The notes under the pieces: model-generated
What the model saw: the letters and a program-made list of their open reading frames with translations, nothing else
Database searches by the model: none
What the model was told of the DNA's origin: nothing
Shown: piece by piece, positions 9,182 to 19,639 of the stretch
How the letters are laid out: each line of letters starts with the position of its first letter
Numbering within the stretch: the first letter of the stretch is position 1
Position numbers and translations under genes: made by a program
Assembly: GCF_007747215.1 (NCBI RefSeq)
Contig: NZ_CP036273.1
Span: forward strand, 1,160,322-1,224,321
DNA length: 64,000 nt
Source: Urbifossiella limnaea
GTDB taxonomy: Bacteria; Planctomycetota; Planctomycetia; Gemmatales; Gemmataceae
Direction of reading: 5' to 3'

Positions 9182-9350
9182 CCGGCCGCACGAGCCGCCC
9201 GGCCGGCACGCCCGGTTCGACCCGCGGGGCCGGATGTGCCGCCTGCCGGGCGTCGCGGCCCGCCGTTCCCGCCTGCCGCCGTCAACCCTCCCGACCGGCC
9301 CGGCCGATACCACACCGTCACCCGCCCCACTCCTCTCAAGGCAGGACTGC

Positions 9351-9927
9351 CGTGGCCCCGCTGACCCCGCACGCCGCCGCCGAACTATCCCCGGAGCAAG
9401 CCGCCGCCCTCGCCCGGGTGCTGGACCTCCAGGCCGGCTGGGAGAACCACCGGCACGACGCCGCGGCGGGGGACGCCCACGGCCCCGGGCTGCGGGAGCG
9501 GCAGCGGCGGTACGAGGCGTACCGGGCCGCCCTCGCCGGGTACTCGGCCCGCCACCGGGCGGTCGACCTGCCCGAACTCAACCTCAGCACGCCGGAGCGG
9601 GTGGCTGGGTGGTGCCGGGTCGTCCGGGCGGTGTGCCGGCAGGCCGGCCCCCAGGCCGACGCCCCGGCGCAGGTGGCCGAGAAGGCGTACCGACTGGCCG
9701 ACCGCATCGCGGCCCGGCTCGGTGTCGCCCCGGCCGACCGCGACGATCGTGCGGAAGGAATGGGCGGGGTGATCGCCGGGCTGGACGCGGTCGTGGCGTG
9801 GTGCGACGGGCGGGCGGGCGGGCGCGTGGCGCCGCGACCGGAGCCCGCCCCCACCCCGGTCGGCGAGCCGATCCCGATGACGGCCCACGACCCGGTGCCG
9901 GTTTCGGCCGGGTGGCGGGCGGCGTAA
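9351..9927 (+). CDS. hypothetical protein
   Basis: GTG start. High GC3 coding frame (VAPLTPHAAAELSPEQAAALARVLDLQAGWENHRHD...). No domain recognised. Confidence 0.35.
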
Positions 9928-10021
9928 GCCGGTCGATGTCGCCGCCGGGCGTGCCGGGATCGCGTTGGCGAATCCGCCCGGTACGGCCGACCCCGGCCCA
10001 CCACGTGGGTGGGGGCAGGGA

Positions 10022-11503
10022 TTACGTACCGCAGAACGTCCGGTAGCCGCTTTCGTCGGCGGGCGGGTCTCGGTACTCCGCCAGCTCGGGCCGGTCCGCG
10101 TACGGCGCCGCCAGCGCGTCCAGCAACCGCCGGAGCGCGGACAGGTCGTCGCGCTCCTCAGCGGCGGCCAGCGCTTCCTCGACCCGGTGGTTCCGCGGGA
10201 CGACCGCCGGGTTGACCGCCCGCATCCGCTCGTAGGCCGCAGCCTCAGGCTGCCCGTCCCGCGTGAGTCGCTCGTGCCACTCGGCGGCCCACGCCCGGAA
10301 CTCGGCGGCCTGATACCGGTCGCCGGCCGGCGGCACGCCCGACGACAGGTCGCGGAACGTGTTGGTGAAGTCCGCCCGGGTGGTCCGCATCCACGCGAGC
10401 AACCGGCCGATCAGGTCCGCGTCGCCGTCCTCCTCCCCCCGCAGCCCGAGCTTCTGCCGCATCCCGGCGAGCCAGTACCCCCCGAACCGGGCCGGGAACT
10501 CGTCGAGCACGCCCGTGGCGGCCGCGACCGCCTCCGCCGGGTCGGCGGCGATCAGCGGCAGGAGCGTCTCGGCGAACCGGGCGAGATTCCACTGGGCGAC
10601 GTGCGGCTGGTTGCCGTAGGCGTACCGGCCGCCGTGGTCGATCGAGCTGAACACCGTGGCCGGGTCGTAGGCGTTCATGAAGGCGCACGGCCCGTAGTCG
10701 ATCGTCTCGCCCGAGACGGCCACGTTGTCCGTGTTCATCACCCCGTGGACGAACCCGACGAGTTGCCACCGGGCGACGAGCGACGCCTGGCGGTCCGCGA
10801 CCGCGCGGAGAAACGCCAGGTACTTGTCGGGGGCTTCGACCAGCCCGGGATCGTGCCGCGCGATTGCGTAGTCGGCCAGCGCCCGCAGCACGCCCTCGCC
10901 CCGGCGGGCCGCGTACTCGAACGTGCCCACCCGGATGTGGCTGGCGGCCACCCGGGTGAGGATCGACCCCTTCCTGGCCGCCCCGCGGTAGACGGACTCC
11001 CCGGTGGTGACGACGGCCAGGCTCCGGGTCGTCGGGATGCCGAGGGCGGCCATCGCCTCGCTGACGACGTACTCGCGGAGCATCGGCCCGAGCACCGCCC
11101 GGCCGTCCCCGCCGCGGGAGTACGGCGTTCGCCCCGACCCCTTGAGCTGAACGTCGACGAGCCGGCCGTCGGGCGTGCGGTGCTCGCCCAGCAGGACGGC
11201 CCGGCCGTCCCCGAGGGTGGTGAACCCGCCGTACTGGTGCCCGGCGTAGGCCTGCGCGATCGGCCGGCTCCCCTCCGGGAGGCACTGCCCCGCGAACACG
11301 GCCGCGGCGGCCGCCGGGTCCAGCGCCCGGAGGTCGAGGCCGAGGTCGGTCGCCAGTGGGTGGTTCAGGACCGAGACGCGCGGCTCCCGTACCACGGCCG
11401 GTTCGGCCGGAGTAAAGAGGGCGTCCGGGAGCCGCGCGTAGGTGTTCTCGAACCGCCAGCCCGCGCCGCCCCGTCCCGCGGTCGGTGCCGTCAATGCGCT
11501 CAT
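10022..11503 (-). CDS. selO: protein adenylyltransferase SelO (YdiU/UPF0061)
   Basis: 493 aa with hallmark SelO segments: GHQYGGF, GDGRAVLLGE, VQLKGSGRTPYSRGGDGRAVL, VMNTDNVAVSGETIDYGPCAF. Confidence 0.85.
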   Translation of the reverse strand: MSALTAPTAGRGGAGWRFENTYARLPDALFTPAEPAVVREPRVSVLNHPLATDLGLDLRALDPAAAAAVFAGQCLPEGSRPIAQAYAGHQYGGFTTLGDGRAVLLGEHRTPDGRLVDVQLKGSGRTPYSRGGDGRAVLGPMLREYVVSEAMAALGIPTTRSLAVVTTGESVYRGAARKGSILTRVAASHIRVGTFEYAARRGEGVLRALADYAIARHDPGLVEAPDKYLAFLRAVADRQASLVARWQLVGFVHGVMNTDNVAVSGETIDYGPCAFMNAYDPATVFSSIDHGGRYAYGNQPHVAQWNLARFAETLLPLIAADPAEAVAAATGVLDEFPARFGGYWLAGMRQKLGLRGEEDGDADLIGRLLAWMRTTRADFTNTFRDLSSGVPPAGDRYQAAEFRAWAAEWHERLTRDGQPEAAAYERMRAVNPAVVPRNHRVEEALAAAEERDDLSALRRLLDALAAPYADRPELAEYRDPPADESGYRTFCGT

Positions 11504-12006
11504 CCCGTGCCCCGTCCGGTGCGTGTCGGGTCTCCAGTTGGATGGAGATAGGAGGCGGACGGGTTCGGGTCACGGCCCAGGGGCGTGTGGACCTCTACCG
11601 GGGCGGTCGGGTCGGGCGTGTTTCCAACTTCTCGACGTACCTGTCACACGCCGCGGTCCGCGGCGTACGACCGGCGGAGAGTCCCGGCCAGCGCGGGCGG
11701 TGACGTGTCGGCCCGGCAGAAGCGGAACGCCGACGGCGTCCGGAAGCGGGCCGAGGAGTTCGACCGCCGGCGCCAGGGTTGACGTCCGCCGGCCTCCCGC
11801 CCACACCCGCGACCCTCCGACCGACCAGGCCGTGGTGCCGGGCGACGGACCCGAGATCGTGGAAGGGATGGAAACGGGTTCTGGACGAGCGGGTGGGGTC
11901 GAGCATTTGCAGGCGGGCCCGGCGGGAGGGAGGGGCAGGGCGGGGGTGACGGGTGGTAGGTAATCGGGAACGGGAGGGGATGCAACACGCTCGCCGCCCG
12001 CGTGCC

Positions 12007-12387
12007 GTCACGCCGCGGGGCGGCACACCTGCCACGCGGCCTCTTGCCGCGCGGTCCGCTCCGACTCGTCCAGGCCCGCGACGTCACTGCCGACCCCCAC
12101 GGGGTTCTCCCCCACGAGCACCGCGAGGAAGGCACACGGGGCCAGGTACGACCCGGCCGGCGTGGGGTGACTCTGGTCCCGGTCGTGCAGGACGGGCCGC
12201 TCGTGCTCGCGGAGGAACGACTGCCAGGCCGGCCGGCACGACCGTCGCGCCCAGTTCCCGGCCGACGGCCGTGTACGCGTCGGCGATGGCCGGCCGGAGG
12301 TCGGGTGGGATGGCGTCCCACAGGTCGGCGGGGGTCGAGGCGGCCGGGCAATGCCGGAGGATGGCCGGAGTCGCCCGGCCCGATCAC
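12007..12387 (-). pseudogene. possible frameshifted/degraded gene fragment (no in-frame start)
   Basis: Two minus-strand frames show strong GC3 bias back-to-back (..PADLWDAIPPDLRPAIADAYTAVGRELGA.. then ..SFLREHERPVLHDRDQSHPTPAGSYLAPCAFLAVLVGENPVGVGSD..*). They are separated by a 1-nt frame change, and no plausible start lies before the upstream stop. Confidence 0.25.
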
Positions 12388-12412
12388 GCCCGACTCGACA
12401 GGGCGTGAACGG

Positions 12413-13423
12413 TTACGTTCCCACAGCGCGAAGCGATTTGGTTTGCGCCGCCCGCCGTACCCGCGCCACGCCGTGGCCTGCGCCGGCGGTCGCCTCCTTC
12501 ACCACGTACACGGGGCGGCCCTTCGCCTGGTCGTACACCCGCGCCGCGTACTCACCGAGCACCGCCGCCACGCCCAGCCCGCACGCCGCCAACAGGTGCA
12601 GCGCCGTCAGCAGCACCAGCCCCACCCGCGCCACCGGCTCCGACAGCGGCACCAGCAGCGCCACCGCGCACACGCACAGCAGCCAACTCGCCGCCGTAAT
12701 CGCCACGCCGGCGCCGGCCGCGAGTCGAGCCGGGGCGGGCGAGAACGACAGTAGGCCGTCGGTGGCGAACCGCAGCATCCGCCGCAGCGTGTACTTCGAC
12801 ACGCCGCCCTGCCGCGCCGCCGGCTCGAACGGCACCTCGGCCACGCGAAAGCCCAGCCACTGCACCATGCCGCGCACGTACCGGTGGGCCTCGCGCAGCC
12901 GGCCGAGCTCGTCCACCGCCCGCCGCGACAGCAGCCGGAAGTCGGCCGCCGCCGGCCGCACCTCCACGCTGCTCATCCGGCCCAGAACCTGGTAGAAGGC
13001 CCGCGACGACAGCCGCTTGAACCACCCCAGCCGGCGGTCGTCGCCGCGGATGGTGAGCACCACGTCGAACCCGTCGCGCCACTTCGCCACCAGCACCGGG
13101 ATGAGCGCCGGCGGGTGTTGCAGGTCGGAGTCGAGCGAGACGACGGCGTCGCCGGTGGCGTGGTCGAGGCCGGCGGTGAGGGCGGCCTGGTGGCCGAAGT
13201 TGCGGCTCAGCGACACGTAGCGGACGCGCGGGTCGGCGGCGGCGAGGTCGCGGATGACGTCCAGCGTGCGGTCGCGGGAGCCGTCGTCCACGTAGAGGAG
13301 TTCGAGGTCGTAGTCGGCGGCCAGCGGCTCGACGGCCGGCACGAGCGCGGCGTGGAACCTGGGGAGGACGTCCTCCTCCTCGTAGGCCGGGCAGACGACG
13401 CTGAGGCGCGGGCGCGCGGGCAT
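12413..13423 (-). CDS. family 2 glycosyltransferase (polyprenyl-phosphate sugar transferase, ArnC/DPM1-like) with C-terminal TM helices
   Basis: LSVVCPAYEEEDVL...YVDDGSRDRT...DSDLQHPP (DxD and GT-A motifs). Two C-terminal TM helices. ATG at 13421-13423. Confidence 0.8.
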   Translation of the reverse strand: MPARPRLSVVCPAYEEEDVLPRFHAALVPAVEPLAADYDLELLYVDDGSRDRTLDVIRDLAAADPRVRYVSLSRNFGHQAALTAGLDHATGDAVVSLDSDLQHPPALIPVLVAKWRDGFDVVLTIRGDDRRLGWFKRLSSRAFYQVLGRMSSVEVRPAAADFRLLSRRAVDELGRLREAHRYVRGMVQWLGFRVAEVPFEPAARQGGVSKYTLRRMLRFATDGLLSFSPAPARLAAGAGVAITAASWLLCVCAVALLVPLSEPVARVGLVLLTALHLLAACGLGVAAVLGEYAARVYDQAKGRPVYVVKEATAGAGHGVARVRRAAQTKSLRAVGT

Positions 13424-13461
13424 GGAGACGGCCTTCGGGGTCGGTCGTGTCGGCCGGCGGC

Positions 13462-14361
13462 TCAGGCCGCCCGGCTCGCCGGTCGGGTCGCGCACAGCTC
13501 GCTCGGCCGCGTCAGTGCGAACCCCGCGGCACGGATCAGGTCCGGCAACTCCGGCCGGCGGAAGAGTACCAGCTCGCTCACCCGCCGGTGCACGTACTCG
13601 TCGTCGGCGACCGCGTCGCGGCCGACGAGCGTGAGGTCGTGGTAGCCCGGGTGGCACATCAGCTCGACCGCCCGCCCCGGGGTGTGCTCCAGCCAGCGGG
13701 CGTGGAACCGCGCGTCGGTCACGAACGGCGGGTCGGTGACGCCGGCGAGCCAGTCGCAGCCGGGGAAGCCGGCGCGGTCCAGGTCGCGCGCCTGCCGCCG
13801 GCCCAGGGCGTTCAGCACGACGCGCTTCACCCGCGCCCCCGGCACCCGGGCGAGCAGCCGCCACGGCTCGCGCACCCGCCGCACGAACGGCCGCTCCGGC
13901 CGGGCCGCCAGGAAGTCGAACAGCACCCGCAACATCGGCCGGAACAGCGACGCGTGCTGGTGCGAGTTCACGAGCCGCGGCGGGGCGCCGGCCAACTCCA
14001 CGAACCGCCGGTGCTGCGCCGCCAGCTCGGCGGCCACCTCGGCCGGGTTCATCCGCCCGAGCAGCGACCGCCGCATGAACGCCCCGAGCGGCCAGAACGT
14101 GCCGTCCGACCGCACCAGCGACGGCACCCGCGCGGCGGGCAGGATCGGCTGATCGAGGGTGAGGTTCGGGTGCCAGCCGAGGTCGAGCGGGCGGCCGGCG
14201 CGGTTCCAGGCCGTTACGGCGGCCGGGGCGTGCGGCGAGTTCACCAGCAGCGTCGTGCCCGTCACGAGCCCGGCCGCGGCGAGTTCGAGGATGCCCCGGT
14301 CGGTGTCCGGGCCGATACCGAAGTCGTCGGCGATGACCACGAGCTGGCGCGACAGCCCCAT
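13462..14361 (-). CDS. YdjC/ChbG/HpnK family carbohydrate deacetylase
   Basis: IADDFGIGPDTDRGILELAAAGLVTGTTLLVNSPH matches the YdjC-family N-terminus. 38 bp upstream of the GT2 gene on the same strand. Confidence 0.75.
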   Translation of the reverse strand: MGLSRQLVVIADDFGIGPDTDRGILELAAAGLVTGTTLLVNSPHAPAAVTAWNRAGRPLDLGWHPNLTLDQPILPAARVPSLVRSDGTFWPLGAFMRRSLLGRMNPAEVAAELAAQHRRFVELAGAPPRLVNSHQHASLFRPMLRVLFDFLAARPERPFVRRVREPWRLLARVPGARVKRVVLNALGRRQARDLDRAGFPGCDWLAGVTDPPFVTDARFHARWLEHTPGRAVELMCHPGYHDLTLVGRDAVADDEYVHRRVSELVLFRRPELPDLIRAAGFALTRPSELCATRPASRAA

Positions 14362-14492
14362 CGGCGTCCCTGCCGGTGTAGCGAGTCTCCGGGGCGCGAA
14401 TCATCGCGGGAAACGATTCGGGCGACCCGCACTATTCCGAAACCACAGTCGGAATGCAAGATCGACCGCGGAAGGGGCGCAGGTTGGGGGGA

Positions 14493-14759
14493 CTACCCGG
14501 CAGCGGCGAGCGGGGCGTCGATCGTGACGTGGACTTCGATGAGGGCACGAATCTGCTTGTGACAGCAGGTGCAGCCGTCGCCCGCGCCGGTGGCGTTGCG
14601 CACGTCCTTGACGGTGCGCAAGCCCAGCGTCGTGACGGCCTCGACGATCCGCCCCTCGGTAACCTTGAGGCAGCGGCAGACGATACGGTCCTCGCACCCG
14701 CCGCAGGGGCCGGCGCACGGGTCGGGGCAGAGGCGGTCGTCCAGCTGCGGGAGCGTCAT
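14493..14759 (-). CDS. BFD-like (2Fe-2S)-binding domain protein
   Basis: CRCLKVTEGRIVEAV...TGAGDGCTCCHKQIRALI, a four-Cys BFD [2Fe-2S] motif. 88 aa. Confidence 0.7.
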   Translation of the reverse strand: MTLPQLDDRLCPDPCAGPCGGCEDRIVCRCLKVTEGRIVEAVTTLGLRTVKDVRNATGAGDGCTCCHKQIRALIEVHVTIDAPLAAAG

Positions 14760-14955
14760 CGGCGGGTTCCAAACCCGGTCGTGGCGGGAACGCGAACCTT
14801 GTTGAGATTGCGTCTCAGCAAACTGTACCCGCCGCGGCCGCGGATGTCAACCGGGGGCGCGGGAAAAGCGCCTCGCTTGCGGCTTCGCGGACCCTGGCGT
14901 AACATCACCCGACCTGGGGGCCGGCGGGTCGGCCCGACCAACTGGAGGGACTCAG

Positions 14956-15321
14956 ATGATGCGGCTGTCCGCGTTCGGGGTGGGGCTGGCGGTGGTGCTG
15001 GTGCTCGGCGGGACGGCCCGCACCCGCGCCCAGGACGAACCGACGAAGATCGTCGGCGTGTGGGAGGTGACCAAGGCCGGCGACCTGCCGCTGGGGAGCA
15101 CCATCGAGTTCGCCAAGGACGGCAAGTTCACCGTGAAGGTGAAGGGCGAGAAGGACGAGGTCGGCACCGGGACGTACGCGGTGGCCAAGACCAAGCTGAC
15201 GGTGAAGCTGAAGTTCGGCGACGCGTCGTTCGAGCAGTCGGCGGAAATCAAGAAGCTGACGGCGACGGAACTCCACCTCCTCGGCGACGACAACAAGACC
15301 GAGGAGTTCAAGCGGAAGTAG
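14956..15321 (+). CDS. small secreted K-rich protein (Gemmata-type paralogous family?, tentative)
   Basis: Signal peptide MMRLSAFGVGLAVVLVLGGTARTRAQ. GGAGGG SD. Beta-rich TVKVKGEKDEVGTGTYAVAKTKLTVKLKF. Confidence 0.55.
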   Translation: MMRLSAFGVGLAVVLVLGGTARTRAQDEPTKIVGVWEVTKAGDLPLGSTIEFAKDGKFTVKVKGEKDEVGTGTYAVAKTKLTVKLKFGDASFEQSAEIKKLTATELHLLGDDNKTEEFKRK

Positions 15322-15322
15322 G

Positions 15323-16237
15323 TCACGCCCGCAGGGTGCCGACCACGTCCGCGACGCGGCCGGCGCCCGCCTCCGCCAGCGCCGCCGGCAGCGCGTCGGC
15401 GACGCGGGCGCTGGCCGACGGGTCGTAGAAGTTCGCCGTGCCCACCTGCACCGCACTCGCCCCGGCCACCAGGAATTCCATCACGTCGTCCACGGTGGCG
15501 ATGCCGCCGACCGCGACCACGGGGATCGCCCCCAGCTTGGCGATCCGCCACACCGCCCGCAGCGCCAGCGGCTTGATCGCCGGGCCGCTCAGGCCGCCGG
15601 TCACGTTCGCCAGGATCGGCTTGCGCCGCCGCCAGTCCACGGCCATCCCCACGAACGTGTTCACCGCCGTGACGGCGTCGGCGCCGCCGTCCGCGGCCGC
15701 CTTCGCAATCACGGTGATGTCGGTGACGTTCGGCGTCAACTTGGCCAGCAGCGGCAGGTCGGGGCAGGCGTCGCGGCAGCGGCGGACGATGCGACGTGTC
15801 AGTTCGGCGTCCACGGCGAAGTCGGTGCCGCCGGACACGTTCGGGCAGCTGAGGTTCAGCTCCAGCGCCGCCAGCCCGGTGCCGCGGGCGTGAACCTTCG
15901 CCGCCATCTCGACGAACTCGTCCTCCGTCTTGCCGGCGACGTTGCCGATCACGGCCGTGGGGAGGGTGCGGAGGTACGGCAGGTGGTGGTCGAGGAAGTG
16001 GTCGAGGCCGTCGTTGTCGAGGCCGATGGCGTTGAGCATCCCGCTGGCGGTCTCGACGGTGCGCGGCGGCGGATTGCCGGCGCGGGGCGCGGCGGTGACC
16101 GTTTTGGGGACGACGCCGCCGAGCTTGGCGAAGTCCACGTAGGGGGCCATCTCGCGGGCGTACCCGAACGTGCCGGACGCGACCAGCACGGGGTTGCGCA
16201 GGCGGAGGCGGTTGAGGGCGACGGTGAGGTCGGGCAT
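15323..16237 (-). CDS. pyrD: dihydroorotate dehydrogenase, class 1 catalytic subunit
   Basis: [26 protein letters not shown]...LELNLSCPN...[14 protein letters not shown], a classic PyrD. ATG at 16235-16237. Confidence 0.85.
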   Translation of the reverse strand: MPDLTVALNRLRLRNPVLVASGTFGYAREMAPYVDFAKLGGVVPKTVTAAPRAGNPPPRTVETASGMLNAIGLDNDGLDHFLDHHLPYLRTLPTAVIGNVAGKTEDEFVEMAAKVHARGTGLAALELNLSCPNVSGGTDFAVDAELTRRIVRRCRDACPDLPLLAKLTPNVTDITVIAKAAADGGADAVTAVNTFVGMAVDWRRRKPILANVTGGLSGPAIKPLALRAVWRIAKLGAIPVVAVGGIATVDDVMEFLVAGASAVQVGTANFYDPSASARVADALPAALAEAGAGRVADVVGTLRA

Positions 16238-16245
16238 GGGGGTGT

Positions 16246-16295
16246 TGTATTCTTCCGCCGCTCGCGGCGTAGCGCGGCGTACCCCCGCCACGCCG
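16246..16295. repeat. palindromic repeat, family 3 (CGCCGCTCGCGGCGTAGCG arms), copy A
   Basis: CCGCTCGCGGCGTAGCG...CGCCACGCCGCGAGCGG in the divergent pyrD/ABC promoter region. Related copies at 21079-21124 and 58500-58547 share the flanking AA(G/A)CCCCGAGCC. Confidence 0.5.
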
Positions 16296-16403
16296 CGAGC
16301 GGCGAAGCCCCGAGCCTCGCCGCCCCCGTCGCGCGCCAATATGTTCGCTGGGACCGCGAATCCCTCTCCGTTACGTTCCCCATCCCGACCCCCGGAGGCC
16401 GCT

Positions 16404-17372
16404 GTGGCGGTGATCGAGACGCGGGAGCTGCGCAAGACCTACGGCAAGATCGAAGCCCTCAAGGGCGTGTCGCTGCGAGTCGAGCCCGGCCAGGTGTACG
16501 GTCTCCTCGGCCAGAACGGCGCCGGCAAGACCACACTCATCAAAATCCTCCTCGGCATCGTCCAGAAGACCGCCGGCGACGCCACCCTGCTCGACCACGC
16601 CGCCGGCGACGCCGCCACCCGCCGGCGCGTCGGCTACCTGCCCGAAGACCACGCCTTCCCGGTGTACCACAGCGGCTACTCGCTCATGGACTTCTACGGC
16701 CAGCTGTACGGCGTCAGCGCCGACGACCGCCGCAAGAAGATCCCCGAGATGCTCGAGCAGGTCGGCATCGCCGGCCGCATGCACTCGAAGATTCGCACGT
16801 ATTCCAAGGGCATGAAGCAGCGGCTCGGCATCGCCCAGGCCATGTTCCACGACCCGCAGGTCATCTTCCTCGACGAGCCGACCGACGGCGTGGACCCCGT
16901 CGGCCGCCGCGAGATCCGCGACCTGATGCAGCGGCTCAAGGAGGACGGCAAGACGATCTTCCTCAACTCCCACCTGCTCGGCGAGGTGGAACTCATCTGC
17001 GACCGCGTCGCCATCCTGCAGCGCGGCGAACTCGTCCGCGAGGGCACGGTCGCCGACCTGACCAAGCAGGTCGGGCTGTTCGTGATCGGCGTCGCCGACG
17101 GGCAGCAGTTCCCGGCCGACGACGTGATCCGCCTCGGCTACAAGGTGACGCCGGCGGCCGGGCGGTACGAGGTCGAGCTCCCCGAGGGGAAGGGCATCGA
17201 CCCGGTGCTGGCGCTGCTGTCCGAGAAGGGGCTGCGGCTGCGGCACCTGGTGGAGAAGAAGCAGAGCCTGGAAGACCTGTTCGTGTCGATCGTGGACGCG
17301 GCCGAGCCCGGGACGGACGGCCGCCCCGGCAAGGGCGTCCGCCCGGTCGGCGGCCCCCGGCGGAGGAGCTGA
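16404..17372 (+). CDS. ABC transporter ATP-binding protein
   Basis: GTG start. Walker [10 protein letters not shown], signature [12 protein letters not shown], Walker [12 protein letters not shown]. Confidence 0.85.
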   Translation: MAVIETRELRKTYGKIEALKGVSLRVEPGQVYGLLGQNGAGKTTLIKILLGIVQKTAGDATLLDHAAGDAATRRRVGYLPEDHAFPVYHSGYSLMDFYGQLYGVSADDRRKKIPEMLEQVGIAGRMHSKIRTYSKGMKQRLGIAQAMFHDPQVIFLDEPTDGVDPVGRREIRDLMQRLKEDGKTIFLNSHLLGEVELICDRVAILQRGELVREGTVADLTKQVGLFVIGVADGQQFPADDVIRLGYKVTPAAGRYEVELPEGKGIDPVLALLSEKGLRLRHLVEKKQSLEDLFVSIVDAAEPGTDGRPGKGVRPVGGPRRRS

Positions 17373-17374
17373 CC

Positions 17375-18787
17375 GTGCAATTCCTGGCGTTCCTGAAGGA
17401 CAGCTACCGCGAGGCCCGCAACGGCTGGATGCTCCAGATCATGCTGGTGCTGGCCACGCTGTTGATCGTCCTGGTGGCGAGCATCGGCTACCGCCCGATC
17501 ACGCTGCAGGACCGGCTCGACGCCGAGTTCAAGATCATGCGCTGGGCGATGAGCCACAACCCGCAGGCGTTCGAGGAACTCGGCCGGCCCGAGTTCGGCG
17601 TCGAGAACTTCACCAGCACCAACGCGCCTCAGCCGTGGCGGGCCGACTACACGTTCGACTACGTGGTGAAGGTGAACAAGGAGGGGGCCGACCTCCGCAA
17701 GCTCCAGCGGCAGGGCATCCCGCTCGGCCGGGAGCGGATCCGCTCGCAGTTCCGCGACGACCTGGCCGGCCAGTACGAGACGGTCGAGGTGACCGGCGGG
17801 CCGCCGGAGCTGGAGCCGAAGGAGAAGGAGAAGGGGAAGGGGCCGGACGAGGAGGCCGAGGGGAAGGCCGACAAGAAGAAGGACGACGGCCCGCCGCCGC
17901 CGCCGGAGGCGCGGTACCACGTGGTCGTGCGCGGCAGCAAGGTGGACGACGAGCTGGCGTGGCCGCACCAGGTGACGGTCCTGTTCGCCTTTGACCCGCC
18001 GGGCATCACCCCGTCGCTGCGGGACGGCGTGTACCTGACCGAGGACTACCTCGTCAACGGCATCGGCGCCTGGGTCCTGCTGCTGGTGTCGGTGGTCATC
18101 ACGGCCGGGTTCATCCCCACCATGCTCGCCAAGGGGAGCCTCGACCTGATCGTGTCGAAGCCGATCGGGCGGACCCGGCTGCTGGTGTACAAGTACCTCG
18201 GCGGGCTGATGTTCATCTTCCTGCTGACGGCGTACACGGTGCTCGGCGTGTGGCTGGTGATCGGGCTGCGGTCCGGGCTGTGGTCGCCGAACTTCCTCAT
18301 GGTCATCCCGCTGCTGACGTTCTTCTTCGCCGTCCTGTACGCCGTCAGCACGCTGGCCGCGGTGCTGACCCGGAGTACGATCGTGGCCATCCTGGTGACG
18401 GCCGTGGCGTGGGGGCTGATGTGGGGCGTCGGCAAGCTGAACACCGCGGTCGAGGACCGGCAGGCGGCGCTGAAGGAGGCGGAGGCCGCGCCGCTGAACC
18501 CGCGGGCCGGCCCGCCGGACCCGGACGGGCGGGTGTGGTTCGTCTTCGGGCCGGGGTCGTGGCCGTTCGTGAAGGCGGTCCACTACGTGACGCCGCGGAC
18601 GTACCAGCTGGACGAGCGGCTCGGCCGGGTGATCGCCGAGGGCGTGCTGACGCCGAACCAGCTGAAGGCGCAGAAGCTCGACAAGCCGCCGCGGGCGTCG
18701 TGGGCCGAGATCCTCGGCGTGTCGGTCGGGTTCATCGCCGTCGTACTCGGGCTCGGCTGCTGGCGGTTCGCGGGGCGGGACTACTAG
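17375..18787 (+). CDS. ABC-2 family transporter permease with large N-terminal extracytoplasmic domain and K/E/P-rich low-complexity segment
   Basis: GTG 3 bp after the ATPase stop. N-terminal TM, then about 250 aa soluble domain (EPKEKEKGKGPDEEAEGKADKKKDDGPPPPP), then five C-terminal TM helices typical of ABC-2. Confidence 0.7.
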   Translation: MQFLAFLKDSYREARNGWMLQIMLVLATLLIVLVASIGYRPITLQDRLDAEFKIMRWAMSHNPQAFEELGRPEFGVENFTSTNAPQPWRADYTFDYVVKVNKEGADLRKLQRQGIPLGRERIRSQFRDDLAGQYETVEVTGGPPELEPKEKEKGKGPDEEAEGKADKKKDDGPPPPPEARYHVVVRGSKVDDELAWPHQVTVLFAFDPPGITPSLRDGVYLTEDYLVNGIGAWVLLLVSVVITAGFIPTMLAKGSLDLIVSKPIGRTRLLVYKYLGGLMFIFLLTAYTVLGVWLVIGLRSGLWSPNFLMVIPLLTFFFAVLYAVSTLAAVLTRSTIVAILVTAVAWGLMWGVGKLNTAVEDRQAALKEAEAAPLNPRAGPPDPDGRVWFVFGPGSWPFVKAVHYVTPRTYQLDERLGRVIAEGVLTPNQLKAQKLDKPPRASWAEILGVSVGFIAVVLGLGCWRFAGRDY

Positions 18788-18850
18788 GGCGAGCGGCCGG
18801 CGTGAGCCGGCTGTTCCCACGCGCATCTGATGCGCGTGGGAACAGCCGGC

Positions 18851-18867
<17 letters not shown>
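18788..18867. repeat. 80-bp perfect palindrome (39-bp arms, 3-nt loop)
   Basis: GGCGAGCGGCCGGCGTGAGCCGGCTGTTCCCACGCGCATC-TGA-GATGCGCGTGGGAACAGCCGGCTCACGCCGGCCGCTCGCC. Begins right after the permease stop and spans the pxpB stop codon. Confidence 0.7.
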
Positions 18868-19531
<664 letters not shown>

Positions 19532-19639
19532 GGGGCGGCTCCGGGCTTCGCCGCTCGCGGCGGAGCAAACCCGTAGTTTATCGCGCCCCGCGGCGTAGAA
19601 TGGCGGTTCGTCCTCCGCACCCCCCGACCCCCCCACCGC

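Noticed and set aside
11585-11782. 65-aa plus-strand ORF in the selO upstream region
   Set aside because: No SD, mixed GC3, basic low-complexity product. Treated as non-coding leader or promoter DNA.
15890-18787. 965-aa plus-strand ORF
   Set aside because: Composite: the 5' 1.4 kb is antisense to pyrD and out of frame with the ABC ATPase. Only 17375-18787 (ABC-2 permease) is real.
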